Assembly (NCBI GenBank): GCA_050084985.1
Contig: JBITNC010000001.1
Location: forward strand, 152,272,001 to 152,336,000
Reading direction: 5' to 3'
Length of the DNA: 64,000 nt
Origin: Nageia nagi
Lineage: Eukaryota > Plantae > Pinophyta
In this document: positions 1-13,359 of the stretch, piece after piece
Position numbering within the stretch: position 1 is the stretch's first letter
Layout of the letters: the number at the start of each line of letters is the position of its first letter
Notes under the pieces: generated by a model
What the model was told of the DNA's origin: nothing
The model's input: the letters and a program-made list of their open reading frames with translations, nothing else
Databases searched by the model: none
Program-made: the position numbers and the translations under genes

Positions 1-63
1 TTAGTGAACTTACATAGAAGATTTAATACAAACCTTTATAATAATGCATTATACATTCCAACA
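1..63 (-). mobile_element. Terminus of a Copia LTR (same lineage as the 1135-8637 element), extending left out of the window
   Basis: Reverse complement reads TGTTGGAATGTATAATGCATTATT..., matching the LTR starts at 1135 and 8137. There is no polypurine tract at 64+, so it is a 5' LTR or a solo LTR. Confidence 0.8.
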
Positions 64-66
64 ATG

Positions 67-167
67 TTACCATCCTAAATAATAAAATCAACTTTACCAT
101 CCTAAGCAATAAGTTCAACTTTACCATCCTAAGAAATAAGTTTACCTTTACCATATTAAGCAACAAT
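67..167. repeat. 27-bp tandem repeat, 4 copies (TTACCATCCTAAG.AATAAGTTCAACT)
   Basis: The unit starts at 67, 94, 121 and 148. Confidence 0.85.
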
Positions 168-369
168 ATAGGTTTATATCTATACTATAGGCCTTAGGAA
201 AGCATGTAACATGAATGAAAAGGATAAAAAAATTATTCTAAGGAGTTATTGTATGGAATTTGAAGTGTATAAGATATATAATAGTTGAAGTGGTTGAAGT
301 TGATAATTTTGTATGCTTAAGGAGTGATTGTATGGAAGTTGAAGTGTACACTTGCTGAGAGTTTCCCAC

Positions 370-700
370 TCCATAAGGGGTACGTGCCATCCTTGGGGGT
401 GAGCAACCTCAAAAGGGGGTCATAACCTAAGAGGGGATGCATACCACCCTAGGGGTTGTAGCATCCCAAAGGGGATCACATACCCCAATGGGGATGTGAA
501 ACCCTATAGGGGCCATGCTATCCCTTAGGGGACACATAACCCCAAAAGGGGTTGCCACCCCATAATGGGGCAGGCAAGCTACCTTAGGGCCATCACACTA
601 AACGGGGCATGTGCATTCTATGGAGGTTTTTAAACACTAAAAGGGGGCATGGGACTCCTTTGGAGTCGCATATACTCAGATGGTGCACTTGAACTATCTC
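370..700. repeat. Degenerate ~20-bp repeat of GGGG-N8-11-CCC(C) mini-hairpins
   Basis: A GC-rich island of alternating G-runs and C-runs, e.g. ggggatcacataccccaat, ggggatgtgaaaccctata, ggggacacataaccccaaaa, ggggttgccacccc. Confidence 0.65.
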
Positions 701-1134
701 CTTTGTTATGACATCCTCTTCTCTGCCACAAGTGCCCAGAAACCTACAACTTAGAGTTTGCCCACTTTAAATCCATATTATTTTTTTATTACTAGAGGGA
801 ATTATTTTGGTATTTATAATTTATTAGTAGGAGGTTGTACATTTTGATTACACCACTATTTATTTTTTGACTCGAGGGTATTATTTAATAAAAAAGATAA
901 GGAGGGTTGATTTTTGATGATGGAGGGTTTACTTTTATGTCCTTATATAAAGTTGTGTTTCTTTTTTCACACAACATAGGTATTTTTTCTTACCATTGAC
1001 CCCTTTTTTATTGACTTTGGGGTTAATATTTAATGTTGAGAGGTATTATTTCACCTTGAAATCTTCCTTTTTAATTATAAAGTGACATGGGTGATTTTTC
1101 CAAACTTGGCAACTTCCTTTTTTAATGCCCATTT

Positions 1135-1662
1135 TGTTGGAATGTATAATGCATTATTGTAAGGTTTTATTATAATCCTCTTTATAAATTCATTAATACT
1201 TAATGGTATCACTATATACCTTAAGTATTTAAGTGAATATGATAATGTAACTTGTCCTACACTCCATGTCATGAGCATGCCCCCTTGGGTAAAAGGGAGT
1301 ACCATGTCATGCCTTTGTACATTGGTTAAAAGGTTGATCCAAAGAAGGATTTTGGCCTATAAATAGAAGGCTCCATCTTTGTGATCACTCACCAATTTGT
1401 GAAGTAAAGTTATGCTCTAGGATAGTGATTAGTGGATGCTAGTTGGTGATGATTTTGTTTGTGAAGTTGTGAAGAATTGTAAGAGAGTTATGTTTGTGAA
1501 TGAAGTAAGATCTAGTTAGTGGATGTTCTCCTAGTTGGAGGAACCACTTTACATTTAGAGTAAATTTGTGAGATTATCTTCTTGAGTTATATTGATGTTA
1601 TTATGAACTTCCATGAGATCTTGGTGGTCTATGACTGTATTAGTTTTATTTCAATCCCTTCA
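1135..1662 (+). repeat. 5' LTR of Copia-1
   Basis: TGTTGG...CCCTTCA, TATA box ctataaatag at ~1357, followed by the PBS. Confidence 0.93.
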
Positions 1663-3898
1663 TTTGGAATCAAAGTCCCTTGGAGGCTTCTCTTCACATC
1701 CTTGGTTTGGAAACTCATATTCAACTTGGAGGTCTTCATTCCTCATTCTACACTTCATTATTGAGGTAAAACTAAGAGAAGGTATAAATTCCTTCCTTAT
1801 TGGTTATTTTTGGATTATTACATTTTGCTACTAAAATATTATTTTTTATGTGTTAGTTCCTTTTTTTAAGCAAAATATGGCTAACAAAAATGCAATTTTT
1901 TTTATAGACTAGCCTCCTATGTTACTTGCAATTTTTAATTGCTACATTTTTCTTAAATACAAAATTTGTGTAATATTACAAAAAGGTTAGTGTACAAAGT
2001 GTAATTTTTTTATTTTATTTTTAAAGTTCTTTGTAATCAAATATATAGAAGTTTTTTTTTTTTAAATACATAAAAAATGTATATATTTATTTTACAAGAG
2101 GGGAGTTGTATTTTTTTATTTAAAAAGAAATATAAGTAAGTATGTTTTAACAATAATTTGTAAAATAATGTTTGTTTAGCTCTTTTTTGAGTAAGCAAAT
2201 CTTTAAATGGGAGAGCATCACCACCAAGCTTGGCAACAGCCAACCCCCTCTATAGTGATGCATGTATCTTTGTACACTTTGTATCTTTCCCTACCATAGT
2301 AGCCAATAACCATTACCTCCCACTTTTTTTTCTTCAACTCACCTTCAATCTAGATCTGTCTTGGCCATTGCTAGGCTACGCTCAAATTTACATGACCCTT
2401 TGTGTTATGATCGCCTTCCACTCTCAACTCTTAGTTGGTGCCTTACACATCAATTGTACACCCATGCTCACCTTTGCATTCATCCTAGTGCAAGTTGAAA
2501 ATGCCCTCAAGGCCTATTGGAAAATCCCACGTGGGTTATTAAAACTACATCTGGCAATAGAAATCCATCATCATGACTACTTAAAACCTCATGCTCAACC
2601 TTTGTTCTATTCTCCTCTCTCTCTTTCATACTTTTGTAGCCTTAAATGCAGCTCCCAAACATGATAGCGAGGGTGGGGGAAGGTCCTAATGGCCTATTGT
2701 TTTACTCCTTGTAGCCCCCTCTCTCCTTTAGCATGTGCAAGCTGCTACACCCTATGCTCGATGCTCGCTCGCTTAATGACCCTGCTATCCAACCTTGAAC
2801 TTTTTTTTTATTCCTCATGTCTACTTCCTCCATTTTTTAATATCCTTCCTTTTAAGTTTTATTTCTTACATTATTATCTAACAATCTTATCATTCCTCTT
2901 GCTTAATTAATACTTGCCTACTTCTGTGAGGAATACATTTCTTGTAAGTTAAATCATAGCATTAATTTGCATGTAGTTGAGTATGGGTTTCACTTTGCAT
3001 TTAACTCTTACAAGTTTGGTAGGTAATTTGTATTTTGGAGTTAATTTTTTTTTCACTCCTTAAAATTATTTCATGGCAAAAATATTATTTTTTTACTTAA
3101 TTAATTTTTTAAATTGCCTAGAAGTATTGTAAGGGGGTTGACTTTTTTTAAATGCATAGAATTATTTTTACTTGGTCAAATTACATTTCCTTAAAGTACC
3201 TTTTTAGTGTTGAAAAGACTAAAGTTTTTGTTTACAAAAAGGAGGATAATTTTTATGGCAACCTTTTAATAGGAGATATTATTTCTAAGGAATTTTTTTG
3301 CAATTTTAAAGTACCTTAAGTACTTACTTAGGAAAAATGATAATTATTAGCATTTATGTCTTATAATGATATCTTTTTAAAAGTGATAGGAATTACAAAG
3401 TAAATTAAGCATGTTATTATCATATTACCTTAAGATCTTTTTTAAGTAAAAAGGGGAATCTTATGTGAATATTCTTTTACTTAAAAATCCTTATGCAAAT
3501 GTAAAAATGCATGCTTATCACTTAGAATTATTATTGGATGCCTCTTAAGTGTTTACTTTAAATTCCTTTTTTGGACTTGAGCATTTTTTTACAAATTCCT
3601 TATGCAAAGCAACGAATGGACTTATGCAAAATATGGAAATGATGCTTTTAAAATTAAGAATGGACTTGTGCAAACTATGAACCAATGTAAAGATGTCCTT
3701 TAGGGGTTAGTAAACAAAACCCATTGGAATCTTAAGGTTCCAAGTTATGAATGGATGATATTTTGTTTATGCACTTTACTTCATGTTTCACACTTTTTCT
3801 TTGTTTACTTATGCAAAAATCACAAATATTGATTGAGAAATTCCCTTAAATAAACACATCCACATGTACATTCCGTAACATGACTTATTTGGGGAGCT

Positions 3899-6800
3899 AT
3901 GAGTTTATGGTATTCATCATTCTCTAAAGATTTTCTTTAAAGTTTTGTAACTTTATGATGGTAATTGAGACTAAAATTGATGATGAAGAAGAAACCTTCT
4001 CCTCAAAAACCTTTTTAGGCTCCTTTTGAAGCATGAGGAAACTCTTAATAAAAAGGTGTTAATCACTTCTCCAAAGGACAATAGTGTTGCTCTAAGAGTA
4101 ACCAAAAATCCTTTCAAGAAGAAGTTCAATCATCATAAGAAATCTTATCCTTATTCCTTCAAAAGGTTTGAAAAAAAGGGCAACAACAACAACTTCTTCT
4201 AGCAAAGAGATGGAAAAGGCAAGACAAGCAAACTAAATCCCAAGGCAAAATTAAATGGAAATTATAACTTTTGTGGCATCCATGGTCACAAAGAATTTGA
4301 TTGCCACAAAAAAAAGAACAAGGGTAATGTAAATGTAAATAACTTCAAAGGAAAGAAGAATATAAAATTTGGATTTACTGTTGTGCTCTACTCCATGACT
4401 TACTCCTTTTAGTTTGATTAGATTGTTGAATCTAGTTGCACTAATCACCTATGCTTTGAAAAATATAAGTTTAAAAATTTTCATAAGTATACAAAAGATG
4501 CAGTTGTGATAGGTGATAATTATATCCTTGAAGTCCAAGGAATTGGAAGTGTGTTGATTCATGAGAAGGTTCTTGAAAATATACTTTATATTCTTAAGCT
4601 TATGATGAACCTTCTCTTCATGATTCAAGTTGCAAGAAAAGGTTACTCATTTGAATTCAAATTTTAATCCTAGGACATTAAGAAAGGACTTACCATGATG
4701 ATTAAAGGTTCAATACAATATGATCTCTACATTATGGATCAAGTTCCAACAAAGTTGTATCTTGCTACAAATATGTGTTCTAGAGGTAATATTTAGCACC
4801 AACTTTTAGGGCACCTTAACCATAAGAGTATTGAAATCTTGAAAGACCAAGAACTTATGGAAGGTTTGCCTTCAATTTCATCTTCAATTGGTTTATGTAA
4901 GAAATGCATCCTAGGAAAGATGAATGGAAAAAAGTTTGAAAAAGATAAGGCAACAAGGACTTCTCATCCTTTTCAACTTTTGCATTCAGATTTGATGGGT
5001 TCATTTCATACTAAGTCACTTAAGGGAGCATCTTACATCTTGAATTTCATCAATGAATTCAGTAGAATGACTTTTAGCTATCTACTTGAGCACAAGGATC
5101 AAACTTTTAAAACTTTTAAGAATTTTAAAGCCTTAATTGAAAATCATACAAACCTTAAAATCAAGATGCTTGAATTAGATAATGGGGGAAAATATAATAG
5201 CAATGAGTTTAATAACTATTATGTTAAGTATGGAATCAAAAGGTCATTTATAATTCTTTATACTTTTTGGTAAAACTATGTTTCTAAAAGGAAAAATAGG
5301 ATAATTATAGAGATGGTTAGATGCATGTTGGGTAATCTGCCTAATTTATTATGGGGTGAAGCTGTGAGCACTATTATTTACACCTTGAATAGATATCCCA
5401 TAAAAGTCATTCAAAGTAAAACTCTTTTTGAGGCTTAGTTAGGAATAAAACCTAACATTTCTCACCTTAGGGTATTTTAATGTGAAGTATTCTCTTACAT
5501 TATTTTTCAAAAAAAAAGTTAGATAAAAGAGCTAAAAAATGCATCTTTATGGGTTATGATAGTCAGTATAGAGGCTATAAGCTCTACTCTCCATCCTATA
5601 AAAGATTGTTAATTTCAAGGGATGTAAAATTCAATAAACTTTTTGAAGAATTTATTTCTAATGAGGATTTTGATGATCCAAATGACTCATCAATTGCACT
5701 TAGCAGATTGGATATTGATGTAAATAGGAGCAAAATTCTTCAACATGAAGGATAATAAGAAGCATGACCTTGAACAAATCTTTATTTTTCAAAATTGACA
5801 ATAAGAATGAGCCCTCATCTTTCAAAGAAACTTTAAAGTACGAGTGTTGTATGGAAGCCATGAAAGTGGAGTATAATACACTTATGAAAAATAAAACTTG
5901 GAACTTGGTTCCTTATCCTAATGAGAAGAATGTGATTGGCAATAAGTGGATCTACAAGGTCAAGTACAATTCAGTAAGGAATATACATAAATACAAAGCA
6001 AGGTTAATGGCCAAAGGTTTTTCTCAAAATTACAATGTTGATTATGAGAAAACCTTTGCTTTCATGGCAAAGATGCCTACTATTAGGATAAACTTTTCTC
6101 TTTCTGTAGCTTAAGGATGGAAAGTTTTTCAACTTGACATCAAGAGTGCTTTTCTCAATGGTGGATTAGATGTGGAAGTCTACATGAATCAACCAAAAGG
6201 TTTTATTATGAAAGGAAAAGAGTTTTTGTGTGCAAGCTAAAGAAGTCATTGTATGGACTTAAGAAAGCACCTAAAGCTTAGTACAAGAAGATTTTAGGAT
6301 ACTTTGTACACATTAGATTCTCCAAGTGGTTCTCTAAATTCGATCTATATGTGCTCAATCAGGGAAAAGATGTGATATTGATTCTCTTTTATGTGGATGA
6401 TTTTTTGATAACTAGGAATAATGATGAGATCATTCAAGAATGCATATCCAAACTTAAGATAATATATGAAATGACTAATCTTGGTCTCTTGCACTACTAC
6501 CTTAGAATGAAAGTATACCAATACAAGGATTGTACTTATCTTAGTTAATTTAAATATATATCATATATCTTGCAAAAATTTTGAAATGGAAGAGTGTAGA
6601 CATTATGGAATCCCAATATCTCATGGAATCATTATTTTCCTTAGCTTCAAATCTCAATTGGTAGATGCTACAATTTATAGGTAATTAATTAGTAGTCTTT
6701 TTTATCTGATTATTTCTAGGCCAAATATTACCTTTGGGTGAATCTAATGGCATGATTCATGCATAAACCATATGTTGAGCATCTCAATGTTATTAAACAA

Positions 6801-7357
6801 ATATTGAGGTATGTTGCAGGGACTAAGGATCTTACTCTCAATTATTCTAAGTTACCCTCATTTGTTCTATCGAAGTTATCTAATTTTGACTATGGGGAAG
6901 ATAGAGATGATAGGAAATCAACCTCTACATATATTTTTAGCATTATTTTAGGTTCTATCTCTTGGACCTCCAAAAAGCAACCTACTTTTCTCTTTCCACC
7001 ATAGAAGTCAAATATCGTGCCATGTTTGTTGCAACCCAAGAAGCTATTTGGCTAAGGCATATTTTGAAATAAATTAGGTATGAGCAACTTGGTCTATCTT
7101 TGATTTTTTTAAATAATCAGTTGACTATTGTTTTGGCTAAAAACCATGTGTTTCATCAAAGAATAAAATATGTAGAAATCCAAGCCCATTTCATCAAAGA
7201 AAAGGTTCTTGATGGTATCATACACTTGAAGTATTGTCCATTAACCTTGAACTCCACTGATTTGTTCATCAAGCCCCTCCCTGAAGCTTAGTTCAGCAAG
7301 CTAAGGGATGTTATTGGGTTGGTGAAGTTGCCCTCAAGGGGAAGTGAAGTATGAATT
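3899..7357 (+). pseudogene. Copia-1 gag-pol pseudogene (gag N-terminus missing; many stops and frameshifts)
   Basis: Fragments: zinc-knuckle remnant at ~4265-4310, integrase (LLHSDLMG, DNGGKY), MGYDSQYRGYKLY, RT (KWIYKVK, YKARLMAKGF, FYVDDFLI) and RNase H (DRKSTS, RIKYVEIQAHFIKE). Confidence 0.92.
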
Positions 7358-7520
7358 CTTATGTTGAATTCATGTTTATGATGACAACTTCACCCATAGG
7401 AGGATTTCATGGTGTATAGTATTGATTTTGTTGTATACCTTCATGGTAAGTTTGCTCTACATGAAGAATTTATTATATAATTTTTTAGAGCAAAAGATTG
7501 GCCAATCTAATACTATTTAG

Positions 7521-7640
7521 TTATCCATATGTGAGGAACTCATATATGTCTTTTGGCATTGTTCAATTATCCATATGTGAGGAACTCATATATGTCTTTT
7601 GGCACTATTCAATTATCCATATGTGAGGAACTTGTATGCG
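7521..7640. repeat. 46-bp tandem repeat, ~3 copies, in the Copia-1 3' region
   Basis: TTATCCATATGTGAGGAACT recurs at 7521, 7567 and 7613. Confidence 0.9.
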
Positions 7641-8136
7641 CATTTTGTTATGTTCTATATGGTAATGATAATGAACACATATTTTATATATACTAGGTGA
7701 CTATGAGTATTGGTTTGGTATCTTTGTGATGACTCATAGTGCACTATTGATCAATTTATGATTGTATTATTTGATTCATCTATCCTTGTTGATATGAATA
7801 TGTTGCATCTAACTGATCTTGTTATTTGAGTTGCTTATAACTTATAGGTTTCTTTAAAATTATAGGTTACTTACTTTGGGTGTGCAAGCTCATGAAGACT
7901 CGTTATGATTTCTAGTTGGATGAATACTCTGTACATTGAAATCAGTTGTGGTTAATGATTGTATTGTAAACCATTTGTTAAAATGGTAAAGTAGTAAATC
8001 TCAAATTATGATCTTGCTTACTTTACAAAGATGTAAAAAGTTTTCATCTCCAATTGTATATGTATGGAGGAGAGCTCTCTTACTCTTTCTTTCTTCTATC
8101 TTATTCACTCTATCCTAATATTGTTTTAAGGGGGAG

Positions 8137-8637
8137 TGTTGGAATGTATAATGCATTATTGTAAATTTTTGTTATAATCCTCTTTGTAAATTCACTAATA
8201 CTTAATGGTATCACTAGATACCTTAAGTATTTAAGTGAATATGATAATGTAACTTATCCTACACTCCATATCATGAGCATGCCCCTTGGGTAAAAGGGAG
8301 TACCATGTCATGCCTTTATACATTGGCTAAAAAGTTGGTCCAAAGGGGGATTTTGGCCTATAAATAGAAGTCCCTCTCTTTGTGATCACTCACCAATTTG
8401 TGAAGTAAAGTTATGCTCTAGGATAGTGATTAGGAGATAAAGTTAAAAGAATTGTAATAGAGTTATATTTGTGAATGAAGTAAGATCTAGTTAGTGGATG
8501 TTCTCTTAGTTGGAGGAACCACTTTACATCTTGAGTAAATTTATGAGATTATCTTCTTGAGTTATCTTGATGTTAGTATGAGCTTCCATGAGATCTTGGT
8601 GGTCTATGATTGTATTAGTTATATTTCAATCCCTTCA
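8137..8637 (+). repeat. 3' LTR of Copia-1
   Basis: Direct repeat of 1135-1662, preceded by the PPT. Confidence 0.93.
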
Positions 8638-10697
8638 TATTTTTCAAGGGGTTTATTTGTTCATGATTTTAATTAATTATTATTAGCCATAATGTTATTT
8701 TCTAATAATTTTTTGGCTAATAAATTATTATTACTACCATGGAATGTTGTTTATACTTTTTGATGGCATTATTTTTTAAAATAACAAGGGGGAGAAAGAA
8801 AGATTAATTTTTTTGGCTGTAAATATACTAATTTTGGGAGTGGAGTGCACTTGGTAAAATAGTGTATTTTCTATTCCGAATCCCTTTTGAAACACCCATT
8901 TTTATCCTTCTTGAAAATTTTGAAGCTACCTTTGGAACCTCGTAAAGGGATTAAAATTTAATTCATGGAGGGAGTCCAAAATGAATGGGTGATTCTTCAT
9001 GGATGTTATTATCCATAATTATTTTAAATCATTTTGTTTGGGTGGTCTTATAAAGAATGAATTATTGTATTTCATCTTGTATGCAATATGATTACACCAA
9101 AAATTTATTACATGTTCCACTTATTGTGGCCCACCACTTTGTGCAAGTTCCACTTGTTATGGCCCACCGCCTATGTTCCTCATATCACTTGATTATATTC
9201 TTAATAAAGCTACACAATAAACTCAAAATAAAAATATATTTATATATGCTTATTATTATTTTTTCTAGTGCATGTGGGATTTCTTTCTCCACATAACTAT
9301 TCATGCTAATAATACAAGCAAGAAGTTTTTTCATAAGGCCCATAAGATAGATATTTTTTCTTAAACACATATTGTTTCAAATAAAAGGCAATATTGGATA
9401 ATGAATATGTGGATCTTTATGGCAATTTATTAAAATTGATGCCTTTATAATTGTTCAACAATTTTAGAAGACAATGTTTCACCATACAACATATTTTTGG
9501 CAACATATAGTTTTTGCAAAAATCAAAATGTTTACACATAATATGATAGGATGATCATATGGGCATTTATTGATTTTTTTTAACAATTATATGGGTATTA
9601 TGTGGCAAATATTAATTGCATGATGAGATATTTTTTCCATTACCATAGTTTTAATTAATTCATGTAAACTTATGTGATGCCACCTCTTATTCTTGAAAAT
9701 AGGTTGATACAACTTGTGGTGATGATTTTGTTTCTATATCAAATCTATGACCATATCACCTACATTTATGTTGTTTAAACATATTTGGTGTGATCTAGAT
9801 TATGGTGAAGATTTAGTTTTTGTAAAAAATATATGATGGCCTTACTATCCATCTTAATTTCACACCTACTTGCCTCATTCAAATGCATAGAAATATAATT
9901 TTTTCTTCAAATGTAAAGGCTTGAATTAACCATAGCAGGCAGGTATCCAACATTGATTGGTTACTAAGAGTATCTAGCTCATTTTGGTTATGAAGAGGAT
10001 TATGTTCTGCCTAATCCTCCACCTCATGTTCCACCCAATATTTCTCCTAATCCTCTGATTCATGCTCCTTCTAATACTCCAATCCTTAGTTAGCTTAATT
10101 CTCCATGCTACCTTTTAACTAATGCTCCAACTAACATTGGGAAAGGTTCCTTATCTAGAGTTAAGACCAATTCCTCTTCCTTGGAGCATGAAATCTAATT
10201 GTTACATCAATAATTATATGATGCTAATCACAAGTGTGATATGTTTAAATGAAAGAGAGTAGTATGTGAACAAGCTTTTAATTTACTCATGGTAGAGCAA
10301 AATCACCTGTAAACTAAGAATAGCATGTTGGGTGAGCATTATTTTATGCTCTGTGAGGAGTTAAAATCTCTGAAGATCAATGCTACTCCTTGAAATACTT
10401 AAGTTATATGCATAATACTATTTTAAGTACTATTTAGAATAATGTTTTAAGAAAAATATCTATGGTTGATTCCTACTATCTAAATCAAGGTTCTTCTAAC
10501 AAACTTATGCTTAATGCAGTGATTATCTGAACCCTTGTTTATACTTTGGTATGACATGAAATGTATTATAGTTATAATAGTTTCTCATTTGATAAATGAT
10601 GCAATTTATCAATATATAAATAGCTTGTGATTATACATGCATGAATTCTTATTCAGTTTATGAAGCTATAAAAATCTAATGTCATTATATACAAAAT

Positions 10698-10820
10698 GGA
10701 GTGGTTAAAAAAGTTCACCCTTTTCCATGATTGCCACATGTTGGAGTGGTTAAAAAGGTTCACCCTTCTTCGTGATTGTTGAATGTTGGAGTGGTTAAAA
10801 AGGTTCATCTTTCTTCCATA
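10698..10820. repeat. 45-bp tandem repeat, 3 copies
   Basis: GGAGTGGTTAAAAA(A/G)GTTCA at 10698, 10743 and 10788. Confidence 0.85.
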
Positions 10821-11039
10821 TTATAATTTTTGATGAAAATTTGCATCCATGTGATTTGATGAATACTACCTTTTTCCATCATATACATCTTAACTAGTAT
10901 CATGGTTAAGATGGTATTTATTTTTTTATGGCTTGGGCATATTAACTAGTGGCATAGTTAAGGTTACTTGTTGTGGCTTGTTCTTCATCTATGCTATAGT
11001 ATTGTTGAAGGAGAACTTAAACCTTCTACTCAATATGTT

Positions 11040-11330
11040 TGTAAGTAGATAAGAACTTATGCATCATTGGCATGTGGCTTGTACACCTTTATGGTTAGTT
11101 CGCTCTGTGTGAAGAACTAGTTATATATGTTTTGCACATTTGATGTATGCCTTTATGGTTAGTTTGCTTCATGTGAAGAACTAGTGGTAAATCTTGGCTT
11201 CTTTCAGCATTGTTTAGGTATCCATATGTGAAGAATTTGTATGTGCTTATGCTATATTTTTTCAATACATATGGTTATATAGTAAGTGATTGCATATTTT
11301 ATCGATGAAGTTATCATCAAGGGGATAAAT
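11040..11330 (+). mobile_element. Remnant of a Copia 3' untranslated region of the same lineage
   Basis: Repeats ccTTTATGGTTAGTT(C/T)GCT..GTGAAGAAC and tatccatatgtgaagaa resemble the 3' regions of Copia-1 (7436-7640) and Copia-2 (13360-13600, reverse complement). Confidence 0.6.
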
Positions 11331-12284
11331 AAATATGATTTCAACATCAATATATATATCCTTAAAATTCAACTACTTAAACTACCATATATCCTATACA
11401 CTTCAACTTTCATACAAGAACTCCCTAGGCATACAAAAATTATCAACTTCAACTACCATATATCCTATATACTTCAACTTTCATATAATAACTCCAAGGG
11501 TGGCACACACCCTCTATGGAGTGGGCGACTCCCAGCAAGGACTCCGCACCCTCCATTAGGGTACGTGGCCCCTTGGGCAATGCCCTCTTTTTTATTTTTA
11601 TTTTTTTAAACAAAAAAACAAAAAAAAATTATATATAAATATAGAAAAAAATTATGTATTATTTTTTTTTAAATATATATATATATATATTAATTCTATT
11701 TTTTTAATAAAAAAATACAAAAAATAAATTCTATATAAAAACAAAATAGAAGGCTTCTTTTTATATGGTTTTACAAAAAAAATTACAATCTATTGTAGCC
11801 ATTTATAACGTTGCAACAAAGCAGTTTTGCAAAAACTAAATAAGTTTTCTTAACACAAATATTTCAAAAAAAATTACAAACAATCACATTAGATTTTTGT
11901 AATTTTTGCAACACATGTATAATCCCATTTTTGCAATATAACAAAAAATTGCAAATATTAAAGGATCTTTAGCATAGTTTAAGAAATCCAAAAAATAGAT
12001 TTAACTATGTAAAGAAAAATCTCTCCCTTGTTTTTTTTTTTTTGATAAAATTTTGCAGCCACAAAATAAAATAAGTGCAAAATTGTTACCAAAAAATATA
12101 ATTAACATATTTAAAATATTTTTAGTATTGATCATTATAACTCTCAAATATTAGAGAGATTAACTAGATCTAACAAAACAATAATAGATCTAATACTTAA
12201 CCTTAAATTGAAGTTTTAAATAAATTGAAGGTTAAATTTCTAACCTTAACATTAGATCTATCAAAGTTTTTTAATCTAACCAAA

Positions 12285-12772
12285 TGAAGGAATTAGATCT
12301 ACACTAATCCTCAAGGTCCAAGACTATAGGAAACTTAATCATTCAACATCTACAAGCTAATAACACCATTCACACAAGATAACACCAATATAAGTGGTTC
12401 CTCCCTCCTTGGGAGTACATCCATAACTAGATCTCAATTCTCAAGCTATGCACCCTCTTACTACAATTCCTTTCTCTCCTACACAAACTAGTAGAGTAAT
12501 CTTACTCAAAATCTAAGTTATATTACAAGAGGAGAGGCCCTCTATTTATAGCATGAGAGCACCTCCCTAACCTCCCTTTAACCCAAGGGTAAGGTTAGGG
12601 TTACAATAAATATATTACTTAACTTTAACCTACCAACTAACCACTTGGTAAGGTCAAAGTTTACATAATAAAGAATTCAATAATCCCTTAAGGTATCTAA
12701 ATATCCTTTAAGTGATTAATTGAATTTACAAGCATTTTAGATATTCACAATATTTCATTACAAATTCTAACA
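12285..12772 (-). repeat. 3' LTR of Copia-2
   Basis: Direct repeat of 20743-21231, adjacent to the PPT. Confidence 0.96.
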
Positions 12773-13359
12773 CTCCCCCTTAATGCAATATTGGGATAGA
12801 GCGTAGAAGAGAGAAGAGAGAGTAAGAGAGAGTTCTCCTCCATAGAGATACAAGCGGAGATGAGAACATTTACATACTTAAGAATCTTTTTGAGAACTAG
12901 TTTGAGACTCACTACATTACCATTTGACAAAATGGTTTACAATACAATCATTAACCACAACTGGTTTCACTATACATAGTAGTCAATCAACTTTAAGCTG
13001 ACATGTGAGTCTCCATGAGCTTGCTTACACAAGGTGAGTAACCTGCATTTCTAAAGAAGATCTTGAATGCTACAAGCAACTCATGAACAAAATTAGTTAG
13101 ATGCATCATATATTCATTTTATTAATAAGAGAATCAAATAATGCCATCTTATAAATAACTGATCAATGGTGCACTATAAGTCATCACGGAGATGCCAAGC
13201 CATCACTCATAGTCACCTGTTGTATATAGACATGTGTTGATTATTAATAGAGCATAACATATAGATGACTGTACAATACCTAAAGACACATGCCAGATCT
13301 TCCAATATGAATACTTGAACAATGAAACTGATTGATCAATTATATGCTCAAAAAATTAT

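Larger units (their letters stand above)
1135..8637 (+). mobile_element. Full-length but decayed Ty1/Copia LTR retrotransposon (Copia-1)
   Basis: LTRs TG...CA at 1135-1662 and 8137-8637 (~92% identical by eye, plus a ~27-bp indel). Degenerate tRNA-iMet PBS tggaatcaaagt at 1665-1676, PPT aagggggag at 8128-8136, near-TSD CATTT/TATTT. Domain order is INT-RT-RH. Confidence 0.95.

Noticed and set aside
2230-2664. 144-aa ORF in the Copia-1 leader
   Set aside because: Non-ATG start and no recognisable family; kept only as part of the cargo-slot hypothesis.
241-11540. Inverted copies at 241-396 and 11370-11540 as TIRs of one large DNA transposon
   Set aside because: Block order is swapped between the copies and no TSD or terminal motif was found.
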